NCBI GenBank assembly: GCA_038231435.1 | Contig: JBBRLJ010000052.1 | Coordinates: forward strand, 1-29,788 | Source of the DNA: Planctomycetota bacterium | Lineage (GTDB): Bacteria; Planctomycetota; UBA11346 | Length of the DNA: 29,788 bases | Direction of reading: 5' to 3' | Part shown: positions 18,260-25,803 of the stretch, one piece after another | How the letters are laid out: every line of letters starts with the position of its first letter | Position numbering within the stretch: position 1 is the first letter of the stretch | Made by a program: the position numbers and the translations under genes | Notes under the pieces: generated by a model | Databases searched by the model: none | The model's input: the letters and a program-made list of their open reading frames with translations, nothing else | What the model was told of the DNA's origin: nothing

Positions 18260-19429
18260 ATGGCCGCAGCCCTCGCCCGCATCGCTTTCGCCGATGGAAC
18301 CGTGCTGCGCGGCCGCAGCGTCGGAGCCGCGGGCACGACCGGAGGCGAGGCGGTGTTCAACACCGGCATGACCGGCTACGAGGAAGTGCTCAGCGATCCC
18401 AGCTACCGCGGCCAGATCGTCACCATGACCTATCCCGAGATCGGGAACTACGGCATCAATCCCGAGGACATGGAGAGCGACAAGGCCCAGATCGCCGGCT
18501 TCGTGATGCGCCAGTGCTGCGACGTGCCGTCCAACTTCCGCTCGGTCGAATCGCTGCCCGACTTCCTGCGCCGCTCCGGCATCGTCGCGATCGATGATGT
18601 CGACACCCGCGCCATCACCCGCAAGCTGCGCGTCTCGGGCGCCATGAACGCGGTGATCTCGACGCTCACGAGCGACGAGCTCCCCGATGCCGCGCTGGTC
18701 GAGAAGGCGCGCACCATGCCGTCGATGGCCGGTCTCGACCTCGCCAGCGACGTCGGCACCAAGGCGCCCTACGCGTGGACCGAGGCCGCTGAGGCGAAGA
18801 GCTTCAATTCCGAGCTGCCGCGCCTCGCCTGGAAGACCAGCCCACACGTGGTCGCGATCGATTTCGGCATCAAGCGCAACATCCTCCGCCTGCTCGCGGC
18901 CAGCGGCTTCCGCATCACCGTGGTGCCGGCGTCGCACCCGGCGGACGCGATCATGAAGCTCGCGCCCGATGGCATCTTCCTCTCCAACGGCCCCGGCGAT
19001 CCGGCGGCGGTGGTCGGCGGCATCGCCTCGGTGAAGCGCCTGATCGAGACCGACGTGCCGCTGTTCGGCATCTGCCTCGGGCATCAGATCCTCTCGCTCG
19101 CCTACGGTGCTCGTACCTACAAGCTCAAGTTCGGCCATCGCGGCGCCAACCATCCGATCAAGCGCCTGCGCGATGGCGCGGTTGAGATCGCCTCGCACAA
19201 CCACGGCTTCGCGGTCGATCCCAAGACCCTGCCAGCAGGCGTGCGCATGAGCCACGTCAACCTCAACGACAACACCTGCGCCGGCATCGAGCACGAGCGC
19301 AAACGCCAGTTCAGCGTGCAGTACCATCCCGAGGCCGGTCCCGGCCCGGCGGATCCGCTCTACCTGTTCCGGCAGTTCGCCGATCATGTCGCGGAACGCG
19401 TCGGCCTGGCTGGCGCCGCTTCGCGCTGA
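18260..19429 (+). CDS. carA: Carbamoyl-phosphate synthase small subunit
   Basis: GEAVFNTGMTGY, DPSYRGQIV, SNGPGDP, GICLGHQ (catalytic Cys), QYHPEA. RBS GGAGGA. Confidence 0.98.
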   Translation: MAAALARIAFADGTVLRGRSVGAAGTTGGEAVFNTGMTGYEEVLSDPSYRGQIVTMTYPEIGNYGINPEDMESDKAQIAGFVMRQCCDVPSNFRSVESLPDFLRRSGIVAIDDVDTRAITRKLRVSGAMNAVISTLTSDELPDAALVEKARTMPSMAGLDLASDVGTKAPYAWTEAAEAKSFNSELPRLAWKTSPHVVAIDFGIKRNILRLLAASGFRITVVPASHPADAIMKLAPDGIFLSNGPGDPAAVVGGIASVKRLIETDVPLFGICLGHQILSLAYGARTYKLKFGHRGANHPIKRLRDGAVEIASHNHGFAVDPKTLPAGVRMSHVNLNDNTCAGIEHERKRQFSVQYHPEAGPGPADPLYLFRQFADHVAERVGLAGAASR

Positions 19430-19441
19430 GCCGGCGGCGCC

Positions 19442-20002
19442 GTGCTCGCGATCGTCCTGCTCTTCGTCTCGCTCGGCCTCGATACGCTCGCGGTGTCGCT
19501 CGGCCTCGGCCTGAGCGGCCTGCCGCGGCGCCTGTGGCTGCGCATCGGCCTGACCTTCGCCGTCTGCGAGGGCGGCATGCCATTGATCGGGCTGCTGATC
19601 GGTCGCCAGCTCAGCACCTCCGCTGGCGTATGGGCAGGCTACCTCGCCGCCGCGATCCTGATCGTGGTCGGCGCTCTGGCGATCCGCGAAGCGTTCGAGG
19701 ACGAGCCCGAGGCCAGCCCGACGCCAGAGACCCGCGGCTGGTCGCTGCTGTGGATGGGCCTGTCGGTGAGCCTCGACGAAATGGCGGTGGGATTCTCGCT
19801 TGGCGTGGTGCACGCCGCCCTGGGCTTCGCGCTCGGATTCATCGCCATCCAGGCCTTCGTCCTGACCTTCGCCGGGCTGTGGCTCGGCAGCCGGCTGAAG
19901 GCCCATCTCGGGAGCAAGGCCGAGCTGGCGTCGGGCATCATCCTCTGCCTGCTCGGAATCGCGATGGTGGTCGAACAGGCGAGCGGACGCAGCTTTCTGT
20001 GA
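19442..20002 (+). CDS. mntP: Manganese efflux pump MntP family protein
   Basis: Two repeats, SLGLDTLAVS and SVSLDEMAVG, plus MPLIG and AELASGIILCLLG. About 6 TM helices. GTG start. Confidence 0.85.
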   Translation: MLAIVLLFVSLGLDTLAVSLGLGLSGLPRRLWLRIGLTFAVCEGGMPLIGLLIGRQLSTSAGVWAGYLAAAILIVVGALAIREAFEDEPEASPTPETRGWSLLWMGLSVSLDEMAVGFSLGVVHAALGFALGFIAIQAFVLTFAGLWLGSRLKAHLGSKAELASGIILCLLGIAMVVEQASGRSFL

Positions 20003-20060
20003 GGCTGTGAGGCTGTGAGGCTGTGAGGCTCTGAGACGCTGAAACGCTGAAACGCTGAGA
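19997..20060 (+). repeat. Octamer tandem repeat (8 units) overlapping the mntP stop
   Basis: (CTGTGAGG)x4 CTCTGAGA (CGCTGAAA)x2 CGCTGAGA. Confidence 0.9.
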
Positions 20061-20231
20061 TCTCGTCCAAGACCGTCGCGGGACGGTTCCGGGGTATTTG
20101 CGCGGCGCATGCGAGCGTCGCACAGCGTCGCCCGACTTGCCCGCATCGACGAAGCGGATACACGGCGCAGCACTCTCCGCGCCCTCGTTGCGCGCCCATC
20201 CTTCCATGTCCACCCGTCGATCAGAGGTACC

Positions 20232-22184
20232 ATGACCACATCCGCACGCATCTCCCTGCCCGCCGTCTTCACCGACCACCTGGTGCTGCAACGGCGCAAG
20301 CCGGTGGTGGTCTGGGGCACGGCGCAGGCGGGTGAGACGGTGCGCGTCGAGATCGCCGGCGCATCTGCCACGGCTCGCGCGGATGCCACAGGCGCGTGGC
20401 GCGTCAGTCTGCCGGCGATGGAGGCCGGCGGTCCGCACGTGCTGGTCGCCAGCGGCGAGCGCAGCGCTACGGCCACCGTGCGCGATGTCCTCGTCGGCGA
20501 GGTGTGGCTGTGCTCGGGCCAATCCAACATGGAGTGGCCGAGCTCGATCTCGGGCTTCAGCGAGGCCGACCTCGCTGGTGCCACACATGCCGGCATCCGG
20601 CTGCTCAAGGTGCCGGTCACCGGATCTGACGTGCCGCGCGCGGATGTGCTGGCGGCGTGGGCGGCGTGCACGCCAGATGCGGTGCTCGGTTTCAGCGGCG
20701 TGGGCTACGCCTTCGGCCTGCACCTGCACCAGGTCCTCGGCGTGCCGGTGGGGTTGATCCATTGCGCCCTGGGCGGCAGCGACGCGGCGCAGTGGACGCG
20801 TCTCGAGGTGCTGCGCGCGCATCCCTGGTTGCTGCCGATCGCCCAGCGCTACGACGCCGCCGGTCCGCACCTGCCGCCGGATTCGCCCGAGATCCGCGCG
20901 CGCTACGTCGAGTGGGAGAAGACCGCGCGCCACCAGGATCCGGGCAACGCCGGCGAGCCGAAGGGCTGGGCGACACCCGACCATGCCGACGCGGACTGGG
21001 AGACCATGCGGCTGCCCACCACCTGGGAAGCGACCGGCCTGGACATCGATGGCGCGGTATGGTTCCGGCTCGCGGTCGAGGTTCCGCCAGCATGGAAGTC
21101 CAAGGACCTGACCTTGTCGCTCGGACCGATCGATGATTTCGACACCACCTACGTCAACGGCGAGCGGGTCGGCGCCATCGGCAAGGAGGTGCCAAACGCC
21201 CACCAGGTGCCGCGTGTGTACACCGTGCCCGCCAGGCTGGTGCGCGCTGGGCGCAACGTCATCGCGGTGCGGGTATTCGACCACTTCGGCTCTGGCGGCA
21301 TTTGCGGCACGGCAGCGCAGATGCTGCTGCATCCGGTCGGTTCGCCCGAGCAGGCGATCCGGCTCTCCGGGAATTGGCGTTACCGGATCGAGCTGCGCCT
21401 CGAGCCGCTGCGCAATCCGCCGCCCGAGCCGGCGTCGACGGAATCGCCGTGGCAGACCGAGCGGCTCTACAACGCCATGATCCACCCGATCGCCGGCTTC
21501 GCGCTGCGCGGGGCGATCTGGTACCAGGGCGAAACCAACGCCGGCCGCGCCGAGCAGTACCGCGTGCTGCTCGGCGCGATGGTCGCCGACTGGCGCCGCG
21601 CCTGGAAGGACGACTTCGCCTTCCTGCAGGTCCAGCTCGCACCGTGGATGGCGCGCAAGGCTGACCCGGTCGAGAGCGAGTGGGCCGAGCTGCGCGAGGC
21701 GCAGGCGATGCTCGCGCGCGAGATGCCGGGCGTGGGCATGGCGTCGATCATCGACAACGGCGACGGCCCCGACATCCATCCGCGCAACAAGGCGCTGGTC
21801 GGCCACCGCTTGGCGCTGCAGGCGCTCGGTCGGGTCTATGAGCAGACCATCCCCCACCACGGCCCGCGCATGCGCTCATGGGCGGTCGAGGGTCCGGCGA
21901 TACGCATCCGCTTCGACGTCGGCGCCTTCGGCGGCGTGCTCACCCATGGCACCGAGCCGCTCAGCGGCTTCGCCATCGCCGGCGAGGATCGCCGCTTCGT
22001 CTGGGCCGAGGCCAGGATCGACGTCGACAGCGTGCTGGTGAGCAGTCCGGCGGTGGCGAAACCGGCGGCGGTGCGCTACGCCTGGGCCGACAACCCCGCG
22101 TGCTCCCTGATGAACCCGGTTGGCCTGCCGGCCGAGCCATTCCGCACCGACGTCTGGCCTGGACTGACCGCCGGCAAGCGCTGA
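20232..22184 (+). CDS. Sialate O-acetylesterase family protein (SGNH) with an inserted GH2-N/CBM-like domain
   Basis: FTDHLVLQR, GEVWLCSGQSNM, LYNAMIHP, GAIWYQGE, DIHPRNK, VRYAWADNP. RBS GAGGT. Confidence 0.92.
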   Translation: MTTSARISLPAVFTDHLVLQRRKPVVVWGTAQAGETVRVEIAGASATARADATGAWRVSLPAMEAGGPHVLVASGERSATATVRDVLVGEVWLCSGQSNMEWPSSISGFSEADLAGATHAGIRLLKVPVTGSDVPRADVLAAWAACTPDAVLGFSGVGYAFGLHLHQVLGVPVGLIHCALGGSDAAQWTRLEVLRAHPWLLPIAQRYDAAGPHLPPDSPEIRARYVEWEKTARHQDPGNAGEPKGWATPDHADADWETMRLPTTWEATGLDIDGAVWFRLAVEVPPAWKSKDLTLSLGPIDDFDTTYVNGERVGAIGKEVPNAHQVPRVYTVPARLVRAGRNVIAVRVFDHFGSGGICGTAAQMLLHPVGSPEQAIRLSGNWRYRIELRLEPLRNPPPEPASTESPWQTERLYNAMIHPIAGFALRGAIWYQGETNAGRAEQYRVLLGAMVADWRRAWKDDFAFLQVQLAPWMARKADPVESEWAELREAQAMLAREMPGVGMASIIDNGDGPDIHPRNKALVGHRLALQALGRVYEQTIPHHGPRMRSWAVEGPAIRIRFDVGAFGGVLTHGTEPLSGFAIAGEDRRFVWAEARIDVDSVLVSSPAVAKPAAVRYAWADNPACSLMNPVGLPAEPFRTDVWPGLTAGKR

Positions 22185-22235
22185 GTCGCTTCCCCGCGGC
22201 CGTGCGGCGGCGCGGCCGTGCGAGGTCGCAATCGA

Positions 22236-22358
22236 TGGACCTCGGGCGAACGGTGGCATGATCGGGCTCCGCATGTCTCCTGCCGAACTCATTCCAATAG
22301 GAATGCTGATCGGAGCCGATCGACGCCGATCAGACATGCCGCACGAGAAGGAATCGAC
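22236..22358 (+). promoter_or_regulatory. Candidate mtnA promoter (TGGACC-N15-CATGAT) and structured 5' leader
   Basis: Stems GCATGTC/GACATGC, CATTCC/GGAATG and TGATCGG/CCGATCA lie just 5' of an AAGGA RBS. Confidence 0.4.
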
Positions 22359-23486
22359 ATGACCAAGCCCGCCCAGTCTGACGCGACGCTTCCGGCCACG
22401 CTCTACGGCGTGCGCTGGGACGGCGGGCTCGAGGACGGCCATCTCGTCCTGCTCGACCAGACCCGGCTGCCGAAGGACCTGGTCTATCTGCAGGTGCGCG
22501 ACATCGAGGTCCTGCGCAAGGCGATCTGCGATCTCGCAGTGCGCGGCGCGCCGGCGATCGGCATCAGCGGCGCGTTCGGCGTGGTGCTGCACCTGGTGCC
22601 TCTCGCCAAGGGCGCGCTTGCTGGGACAAAGGCCGAAACTCTGCGCCCGGAGTTCGAACGTGCGTGCGAACGCCTGGTGTCGAGCCGGCCCACCGCGGTC
22701 AATCTCAAGTGGGCGATCGGGCGCATGCGCGACTGCTTCGACCGCCACGAAGGCAATCTCACGGCGATGGAGATGTGCGCCCGTCTGCTGATGGAGGCCA
22801 AGCGCATCCTGCGTGAGGATCTCGAGCTGTGCCGCCGCATCGCCGACAACGGCGCCGCGCTGCTCCCGGACTCGGGCGGCGTCTACACCCACTGCAACAC
22901 CGGAGCCCTGGCCACCGGCGGTGTCGGTACCGCGCTGGGCTGCCTGGTCGCCGCGCGCGCCGCCGGCAAGACCATCGAGGTCTTCGCCGGCGAGACCCGG
23001 CCGCTCCTGCAGGGGGCGCGCCTGACCGCGCTCGAGCTCCAGCACGCGCGCGTGCCGGTGACGCTGTGCTGCGACAGCGCCGCCGCGAGCCTGATGGCGC
23101 GGGGTCGGATCCAGGCGGTCATCGTCGGAGCGGACCGCATCGCCGCCAACGGCGACACCGCCAACAAGATCGGCACCTATTCGCTGGCGGTGCTGGCGAA
23201 GCACCACGGCATCCCGTTCTACGTCGCTGCTCCGTACAGCACCTTCGACCTGGCGCTCGCCGACGGCTCGGGCATCCACATCGAGGAGCGCCACGCCGAC
23301 GAGGTGCGCCGTCCGCTCGGCGTGCAAATGGCGCCGGCCGACGTGCCGGTGGCGAATCCGGCGTTCGACGTCACGCCCTCGGCGTTGATCACCGCCATCA
23401 TCACCGAGCGCGGCGTGATCGATCATCCTGACCGCGCGCGCGTCGCGAAGCTGATGGCGGGCGCGGCGGGCGAACCGGCCGTCTGA
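22359..23486 (+). CDS. mtnA: S-methyl-5-thioribose-1-phosphate isomerase
   Basis: LLDQTRLP, VRGAPAIG, RPTAVNL, THCNTGALAT, ETRPLLQGARLT, GADRIAANGDTANKIGT, NPAFDVTP. Confidence 0.97.
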   Translation: MTKPAQSDATLPATLYGVRWDGGLEDGHLVLLDQTRLPKDLVYLQVRDIEVLRKAICDLAVRGAPAIGISGAFGVVLHLVPLAKGALAGTKAETLRPEFERACERLVSSRPTAVNLKWAIGRMRDCFDRHEGNLTAMEMCARLLMEAKRILREDLELCRRIADNGAALLPDSGGVYTHCNTGALATGGVGTALGCLVAARAAGKTIEVFAGETRPLLQGARLTALELQHARVPVTLCCDSAAASLMARGRIQAVIVGADRIAANGDTANKIGTYSLAVLAKHHGIPFYVAAPYSTFDLALADGSGIHIEERHADEVRRPLGVQMAPADVPVANPAFDVTPSALITAIITERGVIDHPDRARVAKLMAGAAGEPAV

Positions 23487-23523
23487 GCCGCGCATCTGCC
23501 GCACTGGAGGCTGGCGCGGATCC

Positions 23524-23550
23524 TTGCGCTCGCGCCGCGCGCGCCACGCT
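23524..23550 (+). promoter_or_regulatory. Candidate arfB promoter TTGCGC-N15-CACGCT
   Basis: Recurrent geometry. An in-frame GTG lies 6 nt after the -10 box. Confidence 0.45.
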
Positions 23551-23556
23551 CCAGGC

Positions 23557-23991
23557 GTGGACGATCGCCCTGGTTTCATGCGGCTCGCGCCGGGCGTCCA
23601 CGTCCCGGTGGACCGGCTGACGTTCTCGCAGGTGCGCGGCGGCGGGCCGGGTGGGCAGAACGTCAACAACACCTCGTCCAAGGTCGAGCTGCGCCTCGAG
23701 ACCGCGGCCATCGAGGGATTATCGTGGAAGGCCCAGGAGCGGCTCGCCGATCTCGCCGGGTCACGCCTCACCGCGGATGGCTGGCTGATCATCACGTGCG
23801 ACGAGACGCGCAGCGCGCGCACCAACAAGGATCTGGTGATCGAGCGTCTCTGCGAACTGGTGCTCGAAGCCCAGGCGGTGCCGCGGACACGTCGCAAATC
23901 CCGGCCGTCGTACGGCTCGGTGCTGCGGCGGCTCGACGACAAATCCCGGCAAGGAGACCGCAAACGCCTGCGCCGTGACGGCGACTCGTAA
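23557..23991 (+). CDS. arfB: Alternative ribosome rescue peptidyl-tRNA hydrolase ArfB (YaeJ)
   Basis: GGPGGQNVN (GGQ motif), SKVELR, basic tail RRKSRPSYGSVLRRLDDK..KRLRR. Start is GTG 23557 or ATG 23578. Confidence 0.92.
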   Translation: MDDRPGFMRLAPGVHVPVDRLTFSQVRGGGPGGQNVNNTSSKVELRLETAAIEGLSWKAQERLADLAGSRLTADGWLIITCDETRSARTNKDLVIERLCELVLEAQAVPRTRRKSRPSYGSVLRRLDDKSRQGDRKRLRRDGDS

Positions 23992-23994
23992 TCA

Positions 23995-24159
23995 CAGGGG
24001 CTCTGCCCCTACGGCCCTTGCGGTCCTACCCCACGGCTTGATCGTGGCTCGATTCCGCCGGTGGGCGGCGGAATCGTCGGCGGAATGGCTTCGCCATTAT
24101 ATCCGCCGACCGCCACTCGGGCGCCGCCCCATCGCGGGGCGATGGGGCCCCCGGTTGGA
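23995..24159 (-). repeat. Dispersed multi-hairpin repeat, family 1, copy 3
   Basis: Reverse complement closely matches 7551-7713, including the TCCAACCGGGGGCCCCATCG end. Inner hairpin AATGGC-GAA-GCCATT. Confidence 0.9.
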
Positions 24160-24282
24160 TGTGGAGGATGGTGGGGGGGGGCATGCTTGCACGCTGAGAC
24201 GATTGGAACGTCGAAGCTGCGCGGTGCTCACCTAGCGCATGACGAATGGCTGCTACACTCGCCAGGTAGCACGGAGGTGACC

Positions 24283-24600
24283 ATGGTCGCCGATTCGCAT
24301 GCGCCCCTGGCCGTCCGCAACCTCAACATCTACAACAGCCATTGCCAGTTCGTCGCTACGACTCCGGCTCTGGCCATCGGCGAGGTCCATCAGATCGTCA
24401 ACGACACCGGATACTCGCGCCGCGTGAAGATCGAGATGATCCAACTCTCGGGTCCGTCGCATCAGCGATTGATGTTCGTGCTGGCGAAGCTGCTCGACCA
24501 CGACGACTCCCGTCAGATCCGCGTGCCTTCGCGCCGCGTCCCGACTAGCCGTCCTCTCCCACGGGATGCGCGGGAAACGCTGGGGGAAGGTATCCCGTGA
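24283..24600 (+). CDS. Small hypothetical protein (105 aa)
   Basis: Strong RBS GGAGGTGA and an upstream TAGCGC-N15-TACACT. The 3' end overlaps the convergent trmL by 56 bp. Confidence 0.65.
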   Translation: MVADSHAPLAVRNLNIYNSHCQFVATTPALAIGEVHQIVNDTGYSRRVKIEMIQLSGPSHQRLMFVLAKLLDHDDSRQIRVPSRRVPTSRPLPRDARETLGEGIP

Positions 24601-25045
24601 ATGCGCCCGAGGCGATGCGGGCGTGGGCGAGCACCATCGCCGCCGCGTTCGCCAGGTTGTAGGCGCGGATCGGGCCCAGGATCGGAATATGCAACCCGCG
24701 TTCTGGCCAGCGCTCGTGCCACGACGGGGGAAGACCGCGTACTTCATTGCCGAGCACGATGATGTCATCCTCGGCGAAACGGGCCTGGTCGAAACGTGTT
24801 CGCCCGTGCTTGGTCACCAACCAGGGCTGGCGCTCGCCGAGCCAGGCCAGGAACGCCTCTGGTCCCACGTGCAGCGTCCACTGCAGGTGCTCCCAGTAAT
24901 CGAGCCCGGCGCGGCGCAGCGACTTCTCGCTGAAATCGAAGGCGCACGGGCCGATGATGTGCAGGTGCGCGCGCATGCCCACGCACAGCCTTCCGATGTT
25001 GCCGGTGTTGCCGGGGATCTGCGGCTGGTAGAGCGCGAGGTGCAC
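24545..25045 (-). CDS. trmL: tRNA (cytidine/uridine(34)-2'-O)-methyltransferase TrmL (SPOUT)
   Basis: LYQPQIPGNTGNIGRLC, LRRAGLDYW, LGNEVRGLP, IRAYNLANAAA. GTG start 2 nt after the mtnC stop. Confidence 0.92.
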   Translation of the reverse strand: MHLALYQPQIPGNTGNIGRLCVGMRAHLHIIGPCAFDFSEKSLRRAGLDYWEHLQWTLHVGPEAFLAWLGERQPWLVTKHGRTRFDQARFAEDDIIVLGNEVRGLPPSWHERWPERGLHIPILGPIRAYNLANAAAMVLAHARIASGAFTGYLPPAFPAHPVGEDG

Positions 25046-25047
25046 GT

Positions 25048-25731
25048 CTAGATCTTCAGCAGATCCGCATGCACGGCGAAGGGCAGGTTCGGCGGCAGGG
25101 GGGTGTTGCCCGGGCGCATGATCACGACCGCCAGCATGCCCGCGGCGCGCGCGGCCTCGGCCTCGGCCGGCTGGTCGGTGCAGAAGGTGATGCCCTGCGG
25201 GTCGCGGCCCCAGGCCTTGGCGATCGCGGTGTAGCTCGCGGCCTCGCGCTTGGGACCCGACGAGGTGTCGTAGAAGCCCGACAGCCACGGCGTGAGATCG
25301 CCGGCTTCGGAGTGCCCGAACAGCAGGCGCTGCGCGAGCACGCTGCCGGAGCTGTAGATCGCCGCGGGCCGTCCGGCGTCCTTCCACGCGCGCAACATCG
25401 CAGGCACGTCGGCGTAGACCTGGCCCTTGATGGCACCGCTCTCGTAGCCGTGCTTCCACACCAGTCCCTGGAGCATCTTCAATCCGCCAGCCTTGACGTC
25501 GCCGGCCATCTGGCGCTTCACCACCGCGAGCACCGCCGCGCGCTCGCCGGCGGCGCGCTCGGCCGGCAGCGCGTCGGCGAAGATGGCGGCGCAGGCCTTG
25601 GCGGCCTCGGGCTCCGTGGCGTGGGCTTCGAGGTAGGCTGGGATGTTGGCGGCAGCGTAGGGGAACAGCACGTCGAAGACGAAGCTGATGGCGGTGGTGG
25701 TACCTTCGATGTCGAGCAGGACGGCGTTCAT
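25048..25731 (-). CDS. mtnC: Acireductone synthase (enolase-phosphatase E1)
   Basis: LLDIEGTTT, FVFDVLFPYA, LKMLQGLVW, YSSGSVLAQRLLF, GPKREAASY, RPGN. Confidence 0.95.
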   Translation of the reverse strand: MNAVLLDIEGTTTAISFVFDVLFPYAAANIPAYLEAHATEPEAAKACAAIFADALPAERAAGERAAVLAVVKRQMAGDVKAGGLKMLQGLVWKHGYESGAIKGQVYADVPAMLRAWKDAGRPAAIYSSGSVLAQRLLFGHSEAGDLTPWLSGFYDTSSGPKREAASYTAIAKAWGRDPQGITFCTDQPAEAEAARAAGMLAVVIMRPGNTPLPPNLPFAVHADLLKI

Positions 25732-25739
25732 GGCGGGGC

Positions 25740-25766
25740 ATGGTGCGATGCCACGGCGGGGATCAA
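25740..25766 (-). promoter_or_regulatory. Candidate mtnC-trmL promoter TTGATC-N15-CACCAT
   Basis: Recurrent geometry. ATG lies 8 nt after the -10 box, with no RBS. Confidence 0.5.
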
Positions 25767-25803
25767 GCGCCCCAGCGCTGTAGTGTTGTGTTGTGGAGCC
25801 CGG

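Noticed and set aside
22190..22358. Canonical SAM-I or SAH riboswitch before mtnA
   Set aside because: The conserved core sequences could not be matched by eye. Kept only as an unclassified structured leader.
24545..25741. 398-aa ORF as an N-terminally extended or fused TrmL
   Set aside because: The first 232 codons are an Arg-rich off-frame reading of mtnC. TrmL homology starts at GTG 25045.
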